This document shows, piece by piece, positions 11,732 through 24,010 of a DNA stretch of 64,000 nt; the first letter of the stretch is position 1, and the number at the start of each line of letters is the position of its first letter. Below the pieces are notes generated by a model. It searched no databases. It worked only from the letters and a program-made list of their open reading frames with translations, and had not been told where the DNA came from. The stretch comes from Macrostomum lignano (lineage: Eukaryota). The stretch spans positions 4,174 through 68,173 of the forward strand of contig NIVC01001287.1 in the NCBI GenBank assembly GCA_002269645.1, given 5' to 3'. The translations under genes were made by a program, and so were the position numbers.

Positions 11732-14122
11732 TCAACAAGTAGCCGGTCGATAGTTCAGCTTAGGAAACTGTCGCTTATACAAATCCACCAGAACCGTATC
11801 CATATTGGTCACCGGGCCATCGAAGCGACACTTGCACAGACCGTGAGTACCCACCGGTTCCTGAATCTTACCGCGCCTACCATGCTTTGTCCTCAGATTA
11901 GCCGCATCTCGATAGTACAACGCATCCTCAGGATTAAAGAATAGATACCGAATCACAGCTGAGCGTTTGTGAATTTTGAACGGCTGACCGGACAAAATGA
12001 CGCGTTTCAATACCACCCTAGCCGGGTCGCAGGACTCCAGACTGCCGCTAAACAGCAGCCGATCCTGTTGCTGACAATCAGGCGACATCGCTATGACAGG
12101 AGCTGGCGTGAATGTTAATGGAGCATAGAACGAAGCAGTGGCGTGCTCTCCAGGTAGCAGGTGTCTCAGGCAAAGCTTCACCGAGGATGCTTTACCAGCT
12201 CCAACAATACTGCTGTTGCTGTTGTTGTCAGACTCGCTCAACACCGGACCAGAATAGAACCGACGCCAGCCAACCTGCCACAGCAGCGGCCGGTTGCGAT
12301 CCGCAGCCAGCGGCTGTTCACGCGACGGATTTAAACGGACTGAGCAGTTGAGCAGGCTCAGCCGGTTCTCGTGCTCAAGCATGCGGTACCAGACTAGGGC
12401 TGGAGCGGCTGAGCTGGGCATGCTCTGAGGGGACTGCGGGATGGCGGAGGAATGGGGTAATAAACACAATTAAAGTCTTTGTGTAAATACTCGTAGACAA
12501 GCAACCAGATTCATCTGAACTTTAGACTTTGGGAGAGTGCAGTCTTTGTACAGGAATAAACTAGGGAGTGTACAGTCACTGCATAGGAAAAAACGAGGAG
12601 TATACAGTAACTGTACAGGAATTAACTAGGAGTGTACAGACACTGTATAGGAATAAACTAAGAGTGTACAGACACTGTACAGGAATAAACTAGTAGTGTA
12701 CAGACACTGTACAGGAATAAACTAAGAGTGTACAGACACTGTACAGGAATAAACTAAGAGTGTACAGACACTGTACAGGAACAAACTAGGGAGTGTACAG
12801 TCACTGTACAGAAACTGATTAAAACTTATGGCATGGGACCTATACAACATTAGAAATGCGTATAACTCACCTCAGCAGTCACAGGCTCAAGCTGCAAATC
12901 TGCTCTCCTACCAACCGTCAGCTCAGAAGCAGTCGCCTTCGTCTGTTTAACCATCCGATTTCTGGCGTGAACGAAATTAGAAAATCGAACCAGATTAGCG
13001 TAGGCGTCTGGCAAATCTGTCCACGGATCCCAGCTGGCCGACTCGTTCAACAGGCGATATTTTGAGAATCTCTCGCGAGCTGGGACATCCTTGGGGGTGT
13101 CCACTTCGTCTGGGAATTCTAATTGCGAAGGCGGGACAGCCGCTTCTTCTTGTTCATTGCCTGACTGGGTCTGGTCGAATTTTACCTGCTTGTTAGGATT
13201 GGAAGCAGAAGACTTGGTTGCGCTGTGAAAGATGGCGGCATCTTCCATGGTGACTTCTTGAGTAACAGGCAGCTCAACGGGGTCTTCGGATGCCTCCATC
13301 ATGTCCACGTCCTAAAATGAACGATTCTGATCGTCTGAGAGCGATTCTGAGCCTGGGGGCGATTCTGAGAGTCTGTTGGCGATTCTGAGAGTCTGGGCGA
13401 TTCTGAGTATGGGGGCGATTCTGAGAGTCTGAGGGCGATTCTGAGTCTGTTGGCGATTCTGAGAGTCTGAGGGCGATTCTGAGAGTCTGTTGGCGATTCT
13501 GAGAGTCTGGGCGATTCTGAGTATGGGGGCGATTCTGAAACTCTGAAAGCGATTCTGTGAGTCTGAGAAGGATTCTGAGCCGGTGGGTGATTCTGAGAGT
13601 CTGGGGCGATTCTGAGAGCGATTTTAAGAGTATAAGAGTCTAAGAGTAATTTTGAAAAATTAGAAAGATTTTTTAAGGGTATCATACAATTATCACGACA
13701 TCAACTTTCAAGATGAGCTAGAAAATTGTACTTTTATTATTTACCTTGTCATCTTCATTAGTCAGCTCTGTCCAACCAGTCAGTCGATAATCGCCCCAGC
13801 CAACCAGGTGCAACAGGTCGCCAGTGCTTAGGCCGACTGGCCCAGGGCCTCGGATGTGAGTGACCATGCGGAGCTGCTGCTGCTGCGGCAGCTGAGTGAC
13901 CTGAAAATATAGTTGGGCCAGCTTTCTGCAACTAATGTTATGTACTTTCATGCAGGCCTGAATTAAGCCCCGCCCCAGTGTCTGTCCGTTCATATGTCTC
14001 TGGGTATGTCTGTTTATCTGTCTCAGTTTCTGTCTGTCCATCCGCCTTAGTGTTTGTCTGTCTGTCTGTCTGTCTGTCCATCCGCCTTAGTGTTTGTCTG
14101 TCTGTCTGTCCATCTGTCTCAG

Positions 14123-14167
<45 letters not shown>

Positions 14168-16100
14168 GCCTGTCTGTCTGTCTGTCTGTCTGTTCATATG
14201 CCTCTGGGTATGTCTGTTTATCTGTCTCAGTTTCTGTCTGTCCATCTGTCTGTGTCTGCCTGTTCATTTGTCTCAGTGTCTGTCCATCTGTCTCAGTTCC
14301 TATCTGTCCATCTGTATGTCTGTCTGTATGTCCACATGTCTCAGTGTCTGTCTATCCGCCTGTCCATGAGCACAGACACCCACCTGCTCAGCCAGTCCAT
14401 AGCAGCGGGCTTTCGCAAATGCCGGACATCCGGTTTTATTAGCGGCAGTGCTGGCAGCTTTAGCCGGATGAGTCACCAACCTCCGGCTGGAAATGCGTCG
14501 CAAAAGAGCGCCCAAATCTTGGCTGTCTCGAACAGTCAGAAAGCCGCAGTCGGCAGGCAAACCGAATCCGTGCTGCTCCAAATCGGCTCTGGCCGCCTTC
14601 TCCCAGGCCTTGCGATCGCGTTGAGTGTCAGCGGCAGTGAGCACTGCCGCGTACAGCTGGGTAGGCAGACCCTGGGCAAACAGGCTGGACAATACCCGTT
14701 GGAATTGTTCGGTAAATTCTGAACCGGCTTGAAATGTCAGCACTAGAGAATCGGACACTTTGGCCAGGTCCAGGCATTCCAATAGGGAGGCGGGCGATTC
14801 TGAAAGAGAGAGAATAAAAAAGAGAAAGATTTAGGGTGAGATAGGAATGAGATTAAGGGTGATATAGGAATGAGATTTAGGGTGAGATAGGGATGAGATT
14901 TAGGGTGAGATAGGATTGAGATTTAGGGTGAGACAGGGATGAGATAGGATTGAGATTTAGGGTGAGATAGGATTGATATTTAGGGTGAGATAGGGATGAG
15001 ATTTAGGGTGAGATAGGATTGAGATTCAGGGTGAGATAGGAATAAGATTCAGGGTGAGATAGGGATGAGATTCAGAGTGAGATAGCAATGAGATTCAGAG
15101 TGAGATAGGGATGAGATTCAGAGTGAGATAGCATGAGATTCAGAGTGAGATAGCAATGAAATTCAAAGTGAGATAGCAATGAGATTCAGAGTGAGGTAGC
15201 AATGAAATTCAGTATGAGTTAAGAATGAGATTCAGTATGAGTTAAGAATTAGATTCAGTATGAGTTAAGAATGAGATTCAGTGTGAGATAGGAATGAGAT
15301 TTAGGGTAAGATAGGATTGAGATTCAGGGTGAGATAGGAATGAGATTTAGGGTTAGATAAGAATGAGATTCAGGGTGAGATAGGAATGAGATTTAGGATA
15401 AGATAGGATTGAGATTCAGGGTGAGAAAGGAATGAGATTCAGGGTGAGATAGGAATGAGATTCAGGGTGAGATAGGATGGAGATTCAGGGTGAGATAGGA
15501 ATGCGATTTAGGGTGAGATAGAATTGAGATTCACGGCGAGATAGGATGAGGTTTCATTCCTAATTCCATTCCCAAAAAACACTCCCCAACCGTCTCACCA
15601 GTGGGTCTAACGAATCGAAATTGAAATCCAGGCACGCCAGGCAGACCCGAGGCCCCCTGCTGGGCCATGGCCTGCAACAGTCGGCATGGCAGGTCAGAGT
15701 CAGCACAGACAAAGGTCACTAGGATTGGCGGCACCAAGCCTACACCTAGAGCGGCGTTAGACAATTTCCTAGCTTTGCCAACAGAAGAATTTTTTGTCGA
15801 TGATTTCTTTAACTCTCGCAACTGCTCAACCGTTTTTCCAACAGCTTTGGCTATTGAAGCTTCTCTAATTAATTTTAGCCGGTTTCTTTGTTCAGATTTT
15901 GGCAAATTTCGCAAACGAGCAGCTTTAGCGGCGCTATTATTCGAATTCGAAGTCGATGTCGTCTTTGAGACCCGACCGCCGCCGGCTACAAGTCGTTTTA
16001 AGCCTCGATTAGACTTATGTCGGCCGGATTTATGAGCTTTGTTGACGGTTTTAAAAGCGCCAGGCTTGTGCCGGCTTGCTGCTTTGCTGTTTGGGCGCAT
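11732..16100 (-). CDS. TSR1: Pre-rRNA-processing protein TSR1, about 738 aa; exons 16100-15599, 14799-14384, 13900-13745, 13311-12871, about 12433-11732
   Basis: N-terminal [18 protein letters not shown]; [15 protein letters not shown]; [10 protein letters not shown]; C-terminal [45 protein letters not shown]. Splice phases are consistent. Exon 5 acceptor is ambiguous (12433 or 12424). Confidence 0.95.
12535..12812. repeat. About 32-bp minisatellite in TSR1 intron 4
   Basis: TGTACAGGAATAAACTAAGAGTGTACAGACAC units. Confidence 0.9.
13325..13630. repeat. About 20-bp minisatellite in TSR1 intron 3
   Basis: GGCGATTCTGAGAGTCT units. Confidence 0.9.
13975..14370. repeat. (TGTC)n-based compound repeat in TSR1 intron 2
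   Basis: Visible microsatellite; explains ORFs 13938-14267, 13978-14442 and 14054-14722. Confidence 0.9.
14830..15545. repeat. About 22-bp minisatellite in TSR1 intron 1
   Basis: GAGATTYAGGGTGAGATAGGAAT units. Confidence 0.9.
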
Positions 16101-16198
16101 TCTGCTTTAGCGAGAAATTGATGGCGTTATTTCAAGCAGAAGGATTAAGGATTTGGATGGATTTATAGATACTGTGAAAGGAGTGATAGACACGATGT

Positions 16199-16853
16199 AC
16201 TCAGTCCTACAGGTGTGCTAAACCCTAGATACTCAGTCCTACAGGTGTGCTAAATCCTAGATACTCAGCCCTACAGGTGTGCTAGACCCTAGATACTCAG
16301 TCCTACAGGTGTGCTAGACCCCTAGATACTCAGTCCTACAGGTGTGCTACACCCTAAATACTCAGTCCTACAGGTGTGCTAGACCCTTAGATACTCAGTC
16401 CTACAGGTGTGCTAAACCTTGGATACTCAGTCCTACAGGTGTGCTAAACCCTAGATACTCAGTCCTACAGGTGTGCTAAACCCTAGATACTCAGTCCTAC
16501 AGGTGTGCTAAACCCTAGATACTCAGTCCTACAGGTGTGCTAAACCCTAGATACTCAGTCCTACAGGTGTGCTAAACCCTAGATACTCAGTCCTACAGGT
16601 GTGCTAAACCCTAGATACTCAGTTCTACAGGTGTGCTAAACCCTAGATACTCAGTCCTACAGGTGTGCTAAACCCTAGATACTCAGTCCTACAGGTGTGC
16701 TAAACCTTGGATACTCAGTCCTACAGGTGTGCTAAACCCTAGATACTCAGTCCTACAGGTGTGCTAAACCCTAGATACTCAGTCCTACAGGTGTGCTAAA
16801 CCCTAGATACTCAGTCCTACAGGTGTGCTAAACCCTAGATACTCAGTCCTACA
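16199..16853. repeat. 32-bp minisatellite, about 20 units, between MRPS18A and TSR1
   Basis: TACTCAGTCCTACAGGTGTGCTAAACCCTAGA units. Confidence 0.95.
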
Positions 16854-17383
16854 AGTAACATCTATGCCCCGGAATACCTGACTTGAAAGTCCAACTTTCG
16901 ATAATGTTTTTGGTATTATAAACAAATCCAACATACTACTTTCAGCACTGTTGTTTCGCTGAAATATAAGCACAGTTGATGAGAATCTTAGTTAATTGGA
17001 GACTTTGAAACCTATTTAAACCCGTTAAAAACTGCGCAATTAGGGGCTAGATGGGGGGGAGCAGGTTAACCTACAATATTCAACCGTATTGCTAGTGTTG
17101 GCACAGATTAATTTAACTTCGCCATACTAGTAATGTAAACAAAAAGCACAGGGTTATTTAAAACTGCGAAAAATAAAGTCACTAACTCTCAGTGCGCACC
17201 AGCTTTGCCAACTAGATTAATGATATCAACACACAAGTAAAGAAAGTTAAATACGGCAACAACTTTCACAAACGAACTAACTGATGCTATACCGTTATTA
17301 TAGTTATTATTTTGCAAAAATCTACAAAACCAACAAATGAAGGTGACAGTCTTAAAAAAGCAATTCTAGACAGGATTAAATTA

Positions 17384-17875
17384 TTAGTCATCCGGTGGGC
17401 TATACTGCCAACTAGCCTTCTTAGCAGTTGGTAGGCCAATAATTTTCGAATTGTAGTACACATTGAACTGGTCTCTGGGCTGTTCAATGTAAACATGCTG
17501 ACCATCTGGACCGATCTCCAATGGCATCAGGCCGGCATTTCGAGCTCGTTCAATCAGCATCTCAATGTGATACTGAGCTTTCAAACTCAAACCAGTAGCC
17601 TCTTTAGGCAGGATAGAACCATCGGGTCGGAGAAATTGTGCCAACACTTTCACATCGGTGTAGTCCAGGTTAATACCAGCTTGGGAGAGTTTAGTAACTG
17701 GGCAGGTCTCCTGCGGGTGGCCAATGCTGTCAAAATTCAACTTGGGCGATGAAGGCTTCGATTTTGAATCGCAGTCGACTAATTCTACAACTGTAGTTGT
17801 TGGGCCGTCCTTTGTGAATCGGAGCTGTTTCAGGCCTCGGCTGGCCTGACCAAATAAGACTGGTAGGCGATGCAT
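17384..17875 (-). CDS. MRPS18A: Mitochondrial ribosomal protein S18A-like (bS18 family), 163 aa, intronless
   Basis: CPV...LDYTDVKVLAQFLRPDGSILPKEATGL...ARNAGLMP matches the S18A core; Arg/Leu-rich N-terminus resembles a mitochondrial presequence. Confidence 0.8.
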   Translation of the reverse strand: MHRLPVLFGQASRGLKQLRFTKDGPTTTVVELVDCDSKSKPSSPKLNFDSIGHPQETCPVTKLSQAGINLDYTDVKVLAQFLRPDGSILPKEATGLSLKAQYHIEMLIERARNAGLMPLEIGPDGQHVYIEQPRDQFNVYYNSKIIGLPTAKKASWQYSPPDD

Positions 17876-17972
17876 GAATGTGTTGGATGAGACTGTTGGA
17901 AAAGGTTTTTTAGATATTGAACTAGATATAAAGAAAATTTATATATATATTATATATATATAAAGTGGGGAT

Positions 17973-18064
17973 GGGGCTGTAGCCTAGTGGCTAGTCAGAC
18001 TCACAACTTGAAGGTCGGGGGTTCGATTATTGACCCAATTGGAACCCTTTGGGTCATTGAGCAC
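17973..18064 (+). mobile_element. Truncated copy of the SINE at 9464 (tRNA head only)
   Basis: GGGGCTGTAGCCTAGTGG...ACTTGAAGGTCGGGGGTTCGATT...TTGGAAC...GTCATTGAGCA, colinear with 9464-9565. Confidence 0.75.
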
Positions 18065-20756
18065 TTTACATTGTATAATTGTGTACATGTACGTGTAACT
18101 ATACATGTACAATACATGTACACTGTAACTTTAAACTGTATAATGACTTATTTGTTGTTATTTATAATATAATAAAATCTTTTTCAATTTTTAACTAATT
18201 TTATGTATTAGATTCAGTTGAAATTTTTATAAAACCCTATTTGTTTTACTTTTTAACATGTTAGCTTTATTGCCTCTAGTTAATAGACAACTTTTTATAT
18301 TTTAAATTATATTTACTACAAGAGGAAAAAATGAATTAAAGGCACTGGGTAGAGCAAAACAGAAAAAAGAGTTTTACCATAACCCTCTATATATTTTAAG
18401 CATAATAAAGTGAATTCTTAGTTTTCATAAATGTACTTTTCAACAAAAAAGTGACCAGTTTGGCAAAAAGATAGTAGGCTACCTGGCTATTTATTAACTT
18501 TTAATTGCAAATATAGCACTTTAGTGATGTAGCTTTTAAGAATTATTCATTGACTGCCTTGCAAATACTTGCAGTTTGAAAATTTAAAACTCAACTTAGC
18601 TAGTAGCTTTATTATGTAAATGCAAATTGCAATTGGTAGGTTAGGCATGATGGCATGGTTTTTCAATTACCCAGTTCCTAAATTGTAATTTAAAATCCTG
18701 CCATAATGGAATGGCACCTAATAAAACTACATTTTACTAATCAAATAATGAAATTACCATAGAATAAAAAAAATAGTCTCTTTAAATTTTCGTTTCCTAT
18801 TTTGACTTTTTTTCTAAAACAACAAAAACTCTTTGCTGAAGCCAAAGCCAAAGCTTGGATCATACAATCTCAACAAATAGTTTGTTAAAATGGCCAGATT
18901 TAGATGAAATTGTGACACTTCTTGCCAATATTGACTCACTAAAAACTCCTTTGTCAAAGTGGGTTGAAACCAATAAAACTGACTTTTAGGCTATGTTACA
19001 AAGGTTTTAGATATTTTAGGTATATTAGAAGTATGTTTCATAAATAAATAGGAATAAAAAGCTAAATCCAATATTGGGCACAATATTCAAAAAGTATTAA
19101 TGGAAAGAAGTATTCTAATACCCTTTCTGAGAAAAATTGTTAAAAGTTTCTTTTTCTATTTTTCCAACAAAATTGTTAATACCTCAAAGTCCAATATTCA
19201 AATTTCAGTATTTTTGAATGATAGCTTTAGTTAAACATTAGCCTAATACCTAGTTTTTTGGAAAAGCCTATGTTGAACAAAAATGTTACATAATTTCAGC
19301 TTTTTAAACCTTTTCCTAAAGTTAAAAAAGCAAAAAAGTATACTTGGCATTTTTTTAAATTAAGAAACTTCAAGTAAAAGAAATGCCATTGTCTTTTGTC
19401 CTTATTTTTAAAGACTTGAAAGACATGTCCCCATGCCCTCCCTCTTTGGCTTATGCTCTTGCTCGCTTTATTTATTAGATAAACCTACAATAAGCTAAAG
19501 TGAATGCTTTTTGTTTGGTTATTAGACATAATCAATTAGACATACTCAATGATAATACTAATTACTACCAATAAGAAAAAGGAAAATATAGACTTCCCTT
19601 AGGCCTGCTCTCATCTATATAGATACTTAGACGGTAATTAGACCTAAGGCTATCATGGTCTATGGCCATCAGGCATTTTAGTCATCTACCCTACAGTCCA
19701 AATCATGTTTGGTGTACACCTAAACAAAAATTAAATAGCTACAAATTTATATAAAAAAATAATGTATGCCAACACTTTCAAATTTATACTTAATGTGGCA
19801 ACAACAGATGACCTTTGTTTGCATTGCAACAATAAATGACATTTTTTGTATTGCAGGCAGAATCTTTTGGCAGATAATTTTGTTGCTCATTTATCTTTCT
19901 TGCCTCTACTATTGACAATAGAAAATCAATATATACAAACATTTGTTTAAATGCTTCATTACAAGCTTAAAGCTTAAAAACTAGAAAGCTTGAAACATGC
20001 TTAAAAATAAACTTTTTACTCTTTTTTTCATTTAATGCTAACTTTTCTGTGTGGTTCTATGAAGTGCATGCCAAGTATATATGCATATTATTTTTTTAAT
20101 CTTAGAAGTCATGTATACCAACTATGCATATCCAACTATTGGAATAGAAGCCTATTTATATACAAATTTTTGGCTGCTGGTCATTTTGAAAATAGACATT
20201 TCAGTGACAAATAGTTATTTTTGTGACAAGTTTCATTGGTGACAGATTACACTTTAGCTTTTGTAAAAAATGAATATATTATATTCTATAACTATAGTCA
20301 TTTTAGTGACAAGAGGTGCTTTATAAATTTTAGTTTGTAGTTTTTTGTTAAGATTTGTTTTGTATTTTTTAAATGTGTCAATTGCTTATATATTTATATT
20401 TGCATTGTATTTATAAAATTAAGAAAATATTAATTTTATTGTTTTTCATGCAGTTTGTTTTAGAATTTCATAGAATACTTAGCCACAAACTATAAACATA
20501 TTTAAAAATCTTTATCATGGAATGCTATCATACATGCGCAATAGTTGGCTGATCTGGCCAATCTAGCCAATTGATTTGGCAGCCAACCAAAGTAAGTTGC
20601 AAAAATGCCTGCCTCAAAGAATGCAGACGTAACTCTGTACCTGCCAGATGTATTGGTTTCCCGACAGACATTCAGACAGACATTCAGAAATCGTTTATTA
20701 AATGTTTAACAAAATTGTCTATTTATTACGCAAGATACTGTGAATTTATAGAAACT

Positions 20757-21392
20757 TTTACGCATGTCTCTGCTTTAAAAAGACACCTCAGACACATACA
20801 AAGACGCTTCACAAGCTGAGATATTCCCTAGCAACTGTTGTTACGACGTTTCCCAATATACCGAATACTGTATATAGTAGTTTTTTGAGAAGCCACTACA
20901 TTGTCCCACTTTGGTCTTTCTGCATGAAATTTGCACAGCTGTTTTACGCATGTCTCTGCTTTAAAAAGACACCTCAGACACACACAAAGACGCTTCACAA
21001 GCTGAGATATTCCCTAGCAACTGTTGTTACGACGTTTCCCAATATACCGAATACTGTATATAGTAGTTTTTTGAGAAGCCACTACATTGTCCCACTTTGG
21101 TTTTTCTGCATGAAATTTGCACAGCTGTTTTACGCATGTCTCTGCTTTAAAAAGACACCTCAGACACACACAAAGACGCTTCACAAGCTGAGATATTCCC
21201 TAGCAACTGTTGTTACGACGTTTCCCAATATACCGAATACTGTATATAGTAGTTTTTTGAGAAGCCACTACATCGTCCCACTTTGGTCTTTCTGCATGAA
21301 ATTTGCACAGCTGTTTTACGCATGTCTCTGCTTTAAAAAGACACCTCAGACACACACAAAGACGCTTCACAAGCTGAGATATTTCCTAGCAA
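20757..21392. repeat. 186-bp subterminal tandem repeat (about 3.4 units) of the MULE
   Basis: ACGCATGTCTCTGC recurs at 20760, 20946, 21132 and 21318; the first unit overlaps the TIR. Confidence 0.95.
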
Positions 21393-22589
21393 ATGTTTTT
21401 ACAACATTTTGATGAGGACGCACTTTTTCCCAAATCCCGCGCTAGCACATGGACAGTCGCGTGGCAGTTGCTGAGAGTCACATGGCGGTTGCTGAGAGTC
21501 GCGTGGCGGTTGCTGAGAGTCGCGTGGCGGTTGCTGAGACTTGCGTGGCGGTTGCTGAGAGTCGAGTGGCGATTTTGGAAACTCACAGGGGGGAGGCTGT
21601 GACTTTGTTCGTGGTGTCTGCCTACTGTTTGAGTATCTGCATCGTTTTTTGCCCCAGCTTTCTTCAGCCCCATCAGCTGTCTCCGCCGCGGCCTTCCTTT
21701 TTTGTTGGCAAAATCGTGGTGGAGCAACTTGCCGAAGTAATTTCGCCTCCTTTATCCTTTCATGACAGAAACTTGCGGTTAATTTCGAGAACTCTGCGAC
21801 AGAGACGGGTAGCCAGTGTTGCTACAGGCATTTGAAAAAAAATAGACGCAGCCGATAAAAAAAACGCAGGCAGTACTAAAAATTATAATGAAGCTCAGAA
21901 CTACTCTATTGTACATTCATGCCTCTGCCCTGCCTACGTGGGTGTGCTCTGTGTTTTTGCATATGTACACGGCACCGTGTAAAGCAACAATTTTCTTAAC
22001 AAATCCGAAGCCTGCTGTCCTTAATTTTTAGATGCGAACTGCTAGTAAATTACATGTTAGATGCCAGTCAGTAGCCAATACAAGTATTAAGAAGCTGTTC
22101 TCGAGTTGCACAACTGCAGGCTGTACCCTTGTCTGTTGAGCAAATAATGATGAACGACATCAAGGAGTTCGAGGAACAAATTTACATTGCACTATTAGTA
22201 GAATACAGAGAAATGATCTAGGCCCTGAAACATCCTAGCACTGTGCCCTGGACATACAACTATACTGTATAAATGCACACAAGTGACTAGCAGCCCTAGG
22301 ATGATTAACAACAAGATACATTAGCAACGAAACATGTTCTTATATCTAATGCATAATAGAAAATCACGACGATGCTGAGCAATACGATAGTAAAAAGGCT
22401 GAGAGTACATCAGTACATTTTTTTCCAAAATCAACACGGCTACCAGCCAACCAGCAGATGTCATAAATGGTCACATGCAAAAATTTATGTATTTCCTCTT
22501 TAATCAGCAGCGGCCAGCGAGTGCACAAAAATTGGCCGATGGATATTGGCTAACAGACAAACTAGGATACGCAACTTATCCTGCACTTA

Positions 22590-23084
22590 TTGGGTTGTCC
22601 AGAAAGTTCTGTCCGATTTTTTCACATGGTCTAACTTCCTTATACTAAAACTTTACTTATCTATTATCCATTGTTGTTCATATTTGCCTATTAGCAATAC
22701 ATGTTACTCACCTTTCTACCACCACCTGCATCTAACTGAAAGTTGCTTCTTTCCAGCAAAGAATGGCACATGATAAGGAGCACCTTTTGCACTGCTTGCT
22801 CTATCTATCTATTCCGCGCCATTGACCGGCATCTGCAAGGCAAGAGCTTCGACAACGAACTGGCCCTCATCTCGGAGATCGGCAACTTTTTCGACTCTCG
22901 GCCAGAGCAGTTCTACAGGGACGGCGTTGGTTCCCTGCCACACCACACCGCTGGCGACAGGTGGTGGACTGTGGACACCGATGTCGCATACATTACCGAC
23001 TGAAACCAGGTTATTCATGAAAAATAGTCGAACGAACATTTGTATAAAAAAATTGACAGAACTTTCTAGACATTGGACAACCTA
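22590..23084 (+). mobile_element. Internally deleted mariner element
   Basis: TIR TTGGGTTGTCCAGAAAGTTCTGTC with a degenerate inverse at the right end and TA flanks. N-terminus MAHDKEHLLHCLLY (ATG 22763) is fused to the C-terminus YLFRAIDRHLQGKSF..FFDSRPEQFYRDG..YITD*. Confidence 0.85.
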
Positions 23085-23646
23085 TACATATAAGAGCGAC
23101 AGTGAGTACGTATACATGCAATATGTGTATCTCGATCGATGGCCAATGCAAACATACATGGAAACAGCACGACAACAACAATGCAACAACTTGAAGAATA
23201 AATGTAAAAATTCATGTCATCTGTTACTCTTTCAGTTCTCACTGTCTCTACCCTCTCAGTCACTCAAAGAGCAACTGAGATAGCTGTTCGTAATAAAATG
23301 CATGTAAAATAAAACTGATGCCTAGATCATACCTGGATGCATCTTTGTTGCAAACCCTGTATCCCCATATGCAGTGTTTGGCAAAGTTCATTTTTGGAAA
23401 AGTTCAATTCATTTTTAAAATGATATTGAAAGAATAGCAGAATGAGATCATTTTTAACTGTTTGGCAGTAGAATGAGGTAAAGAAATGGTTGTTACTCGA
23501 GCATGACTGACCAAGTAGGAAATGCCCTTGCATAAAGTTCAAAAGTTCGTTGTACGAAAGTTCTTTTTTCGTGAACTTGCCCAACACTGCCTATCTATTT
23601 ATGTCTATGTAAGCCCAAAAATCATTGTTACCAAAAGTTACCGGCG

Positions 23647-24010
23647 TCACTTTTTGAAATAACTGGCGATGGTAGACTTGGTTGCCTTCTCCTCCAACTT
23701 TCTCTTTTTCTCTTTGAGGCCCTCAGTCTCCTTCTCCAGTGTCTTGCGCTCAATCGCTAGGGCAGCTACCTGTCGCTGATATTCGTCAAGCATTGCGGCA
23801 GCTCTGTCCGCTTGCGCATCTACCTCCAGTCTCCTCTTCCGTATGCTCTCCTCCTTTGCCTGCAACTGTGCAGTGTGTTGCCTTCTTAATTTCCTGTGCA
23901 ATTTCTACTGCCAACTCTCTCTCCTTTGCCAACTTCTTCTGCTTCTCCTCATTCTCCTCCCGCTGCCGCTCCAGGTGCTGCTTCCAGCTGTGCCGAGCAT
24001 GAAAGCTAGC
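23647..24010 (-). pseudogene. Frameshifted 3' coiled-coil fragment, probably of the hAT transposase
   Basis: ARHSWKQHLERQREENEEKQKK...KKRKLEEK is split over ORFs 23786-24070 and 23647-23901 and starts just after the hAT subterminal repeats. Confidence 0.5.

Noticed and set aside
10588-16853. CRISPR-like look of the 45-bp and 32-bp arrays
   Set aside because: Units are directly adjacent with no unique spacers, there are no cas genes, and the context is eukaryotic.
20885-21412. 175-aa ORF with three internal repeats; also ORFs 20571-20819 and 25901-26137
   Set aside because: These are products of the 186-bp repeat (a multiple of 3) and of the TIRs.
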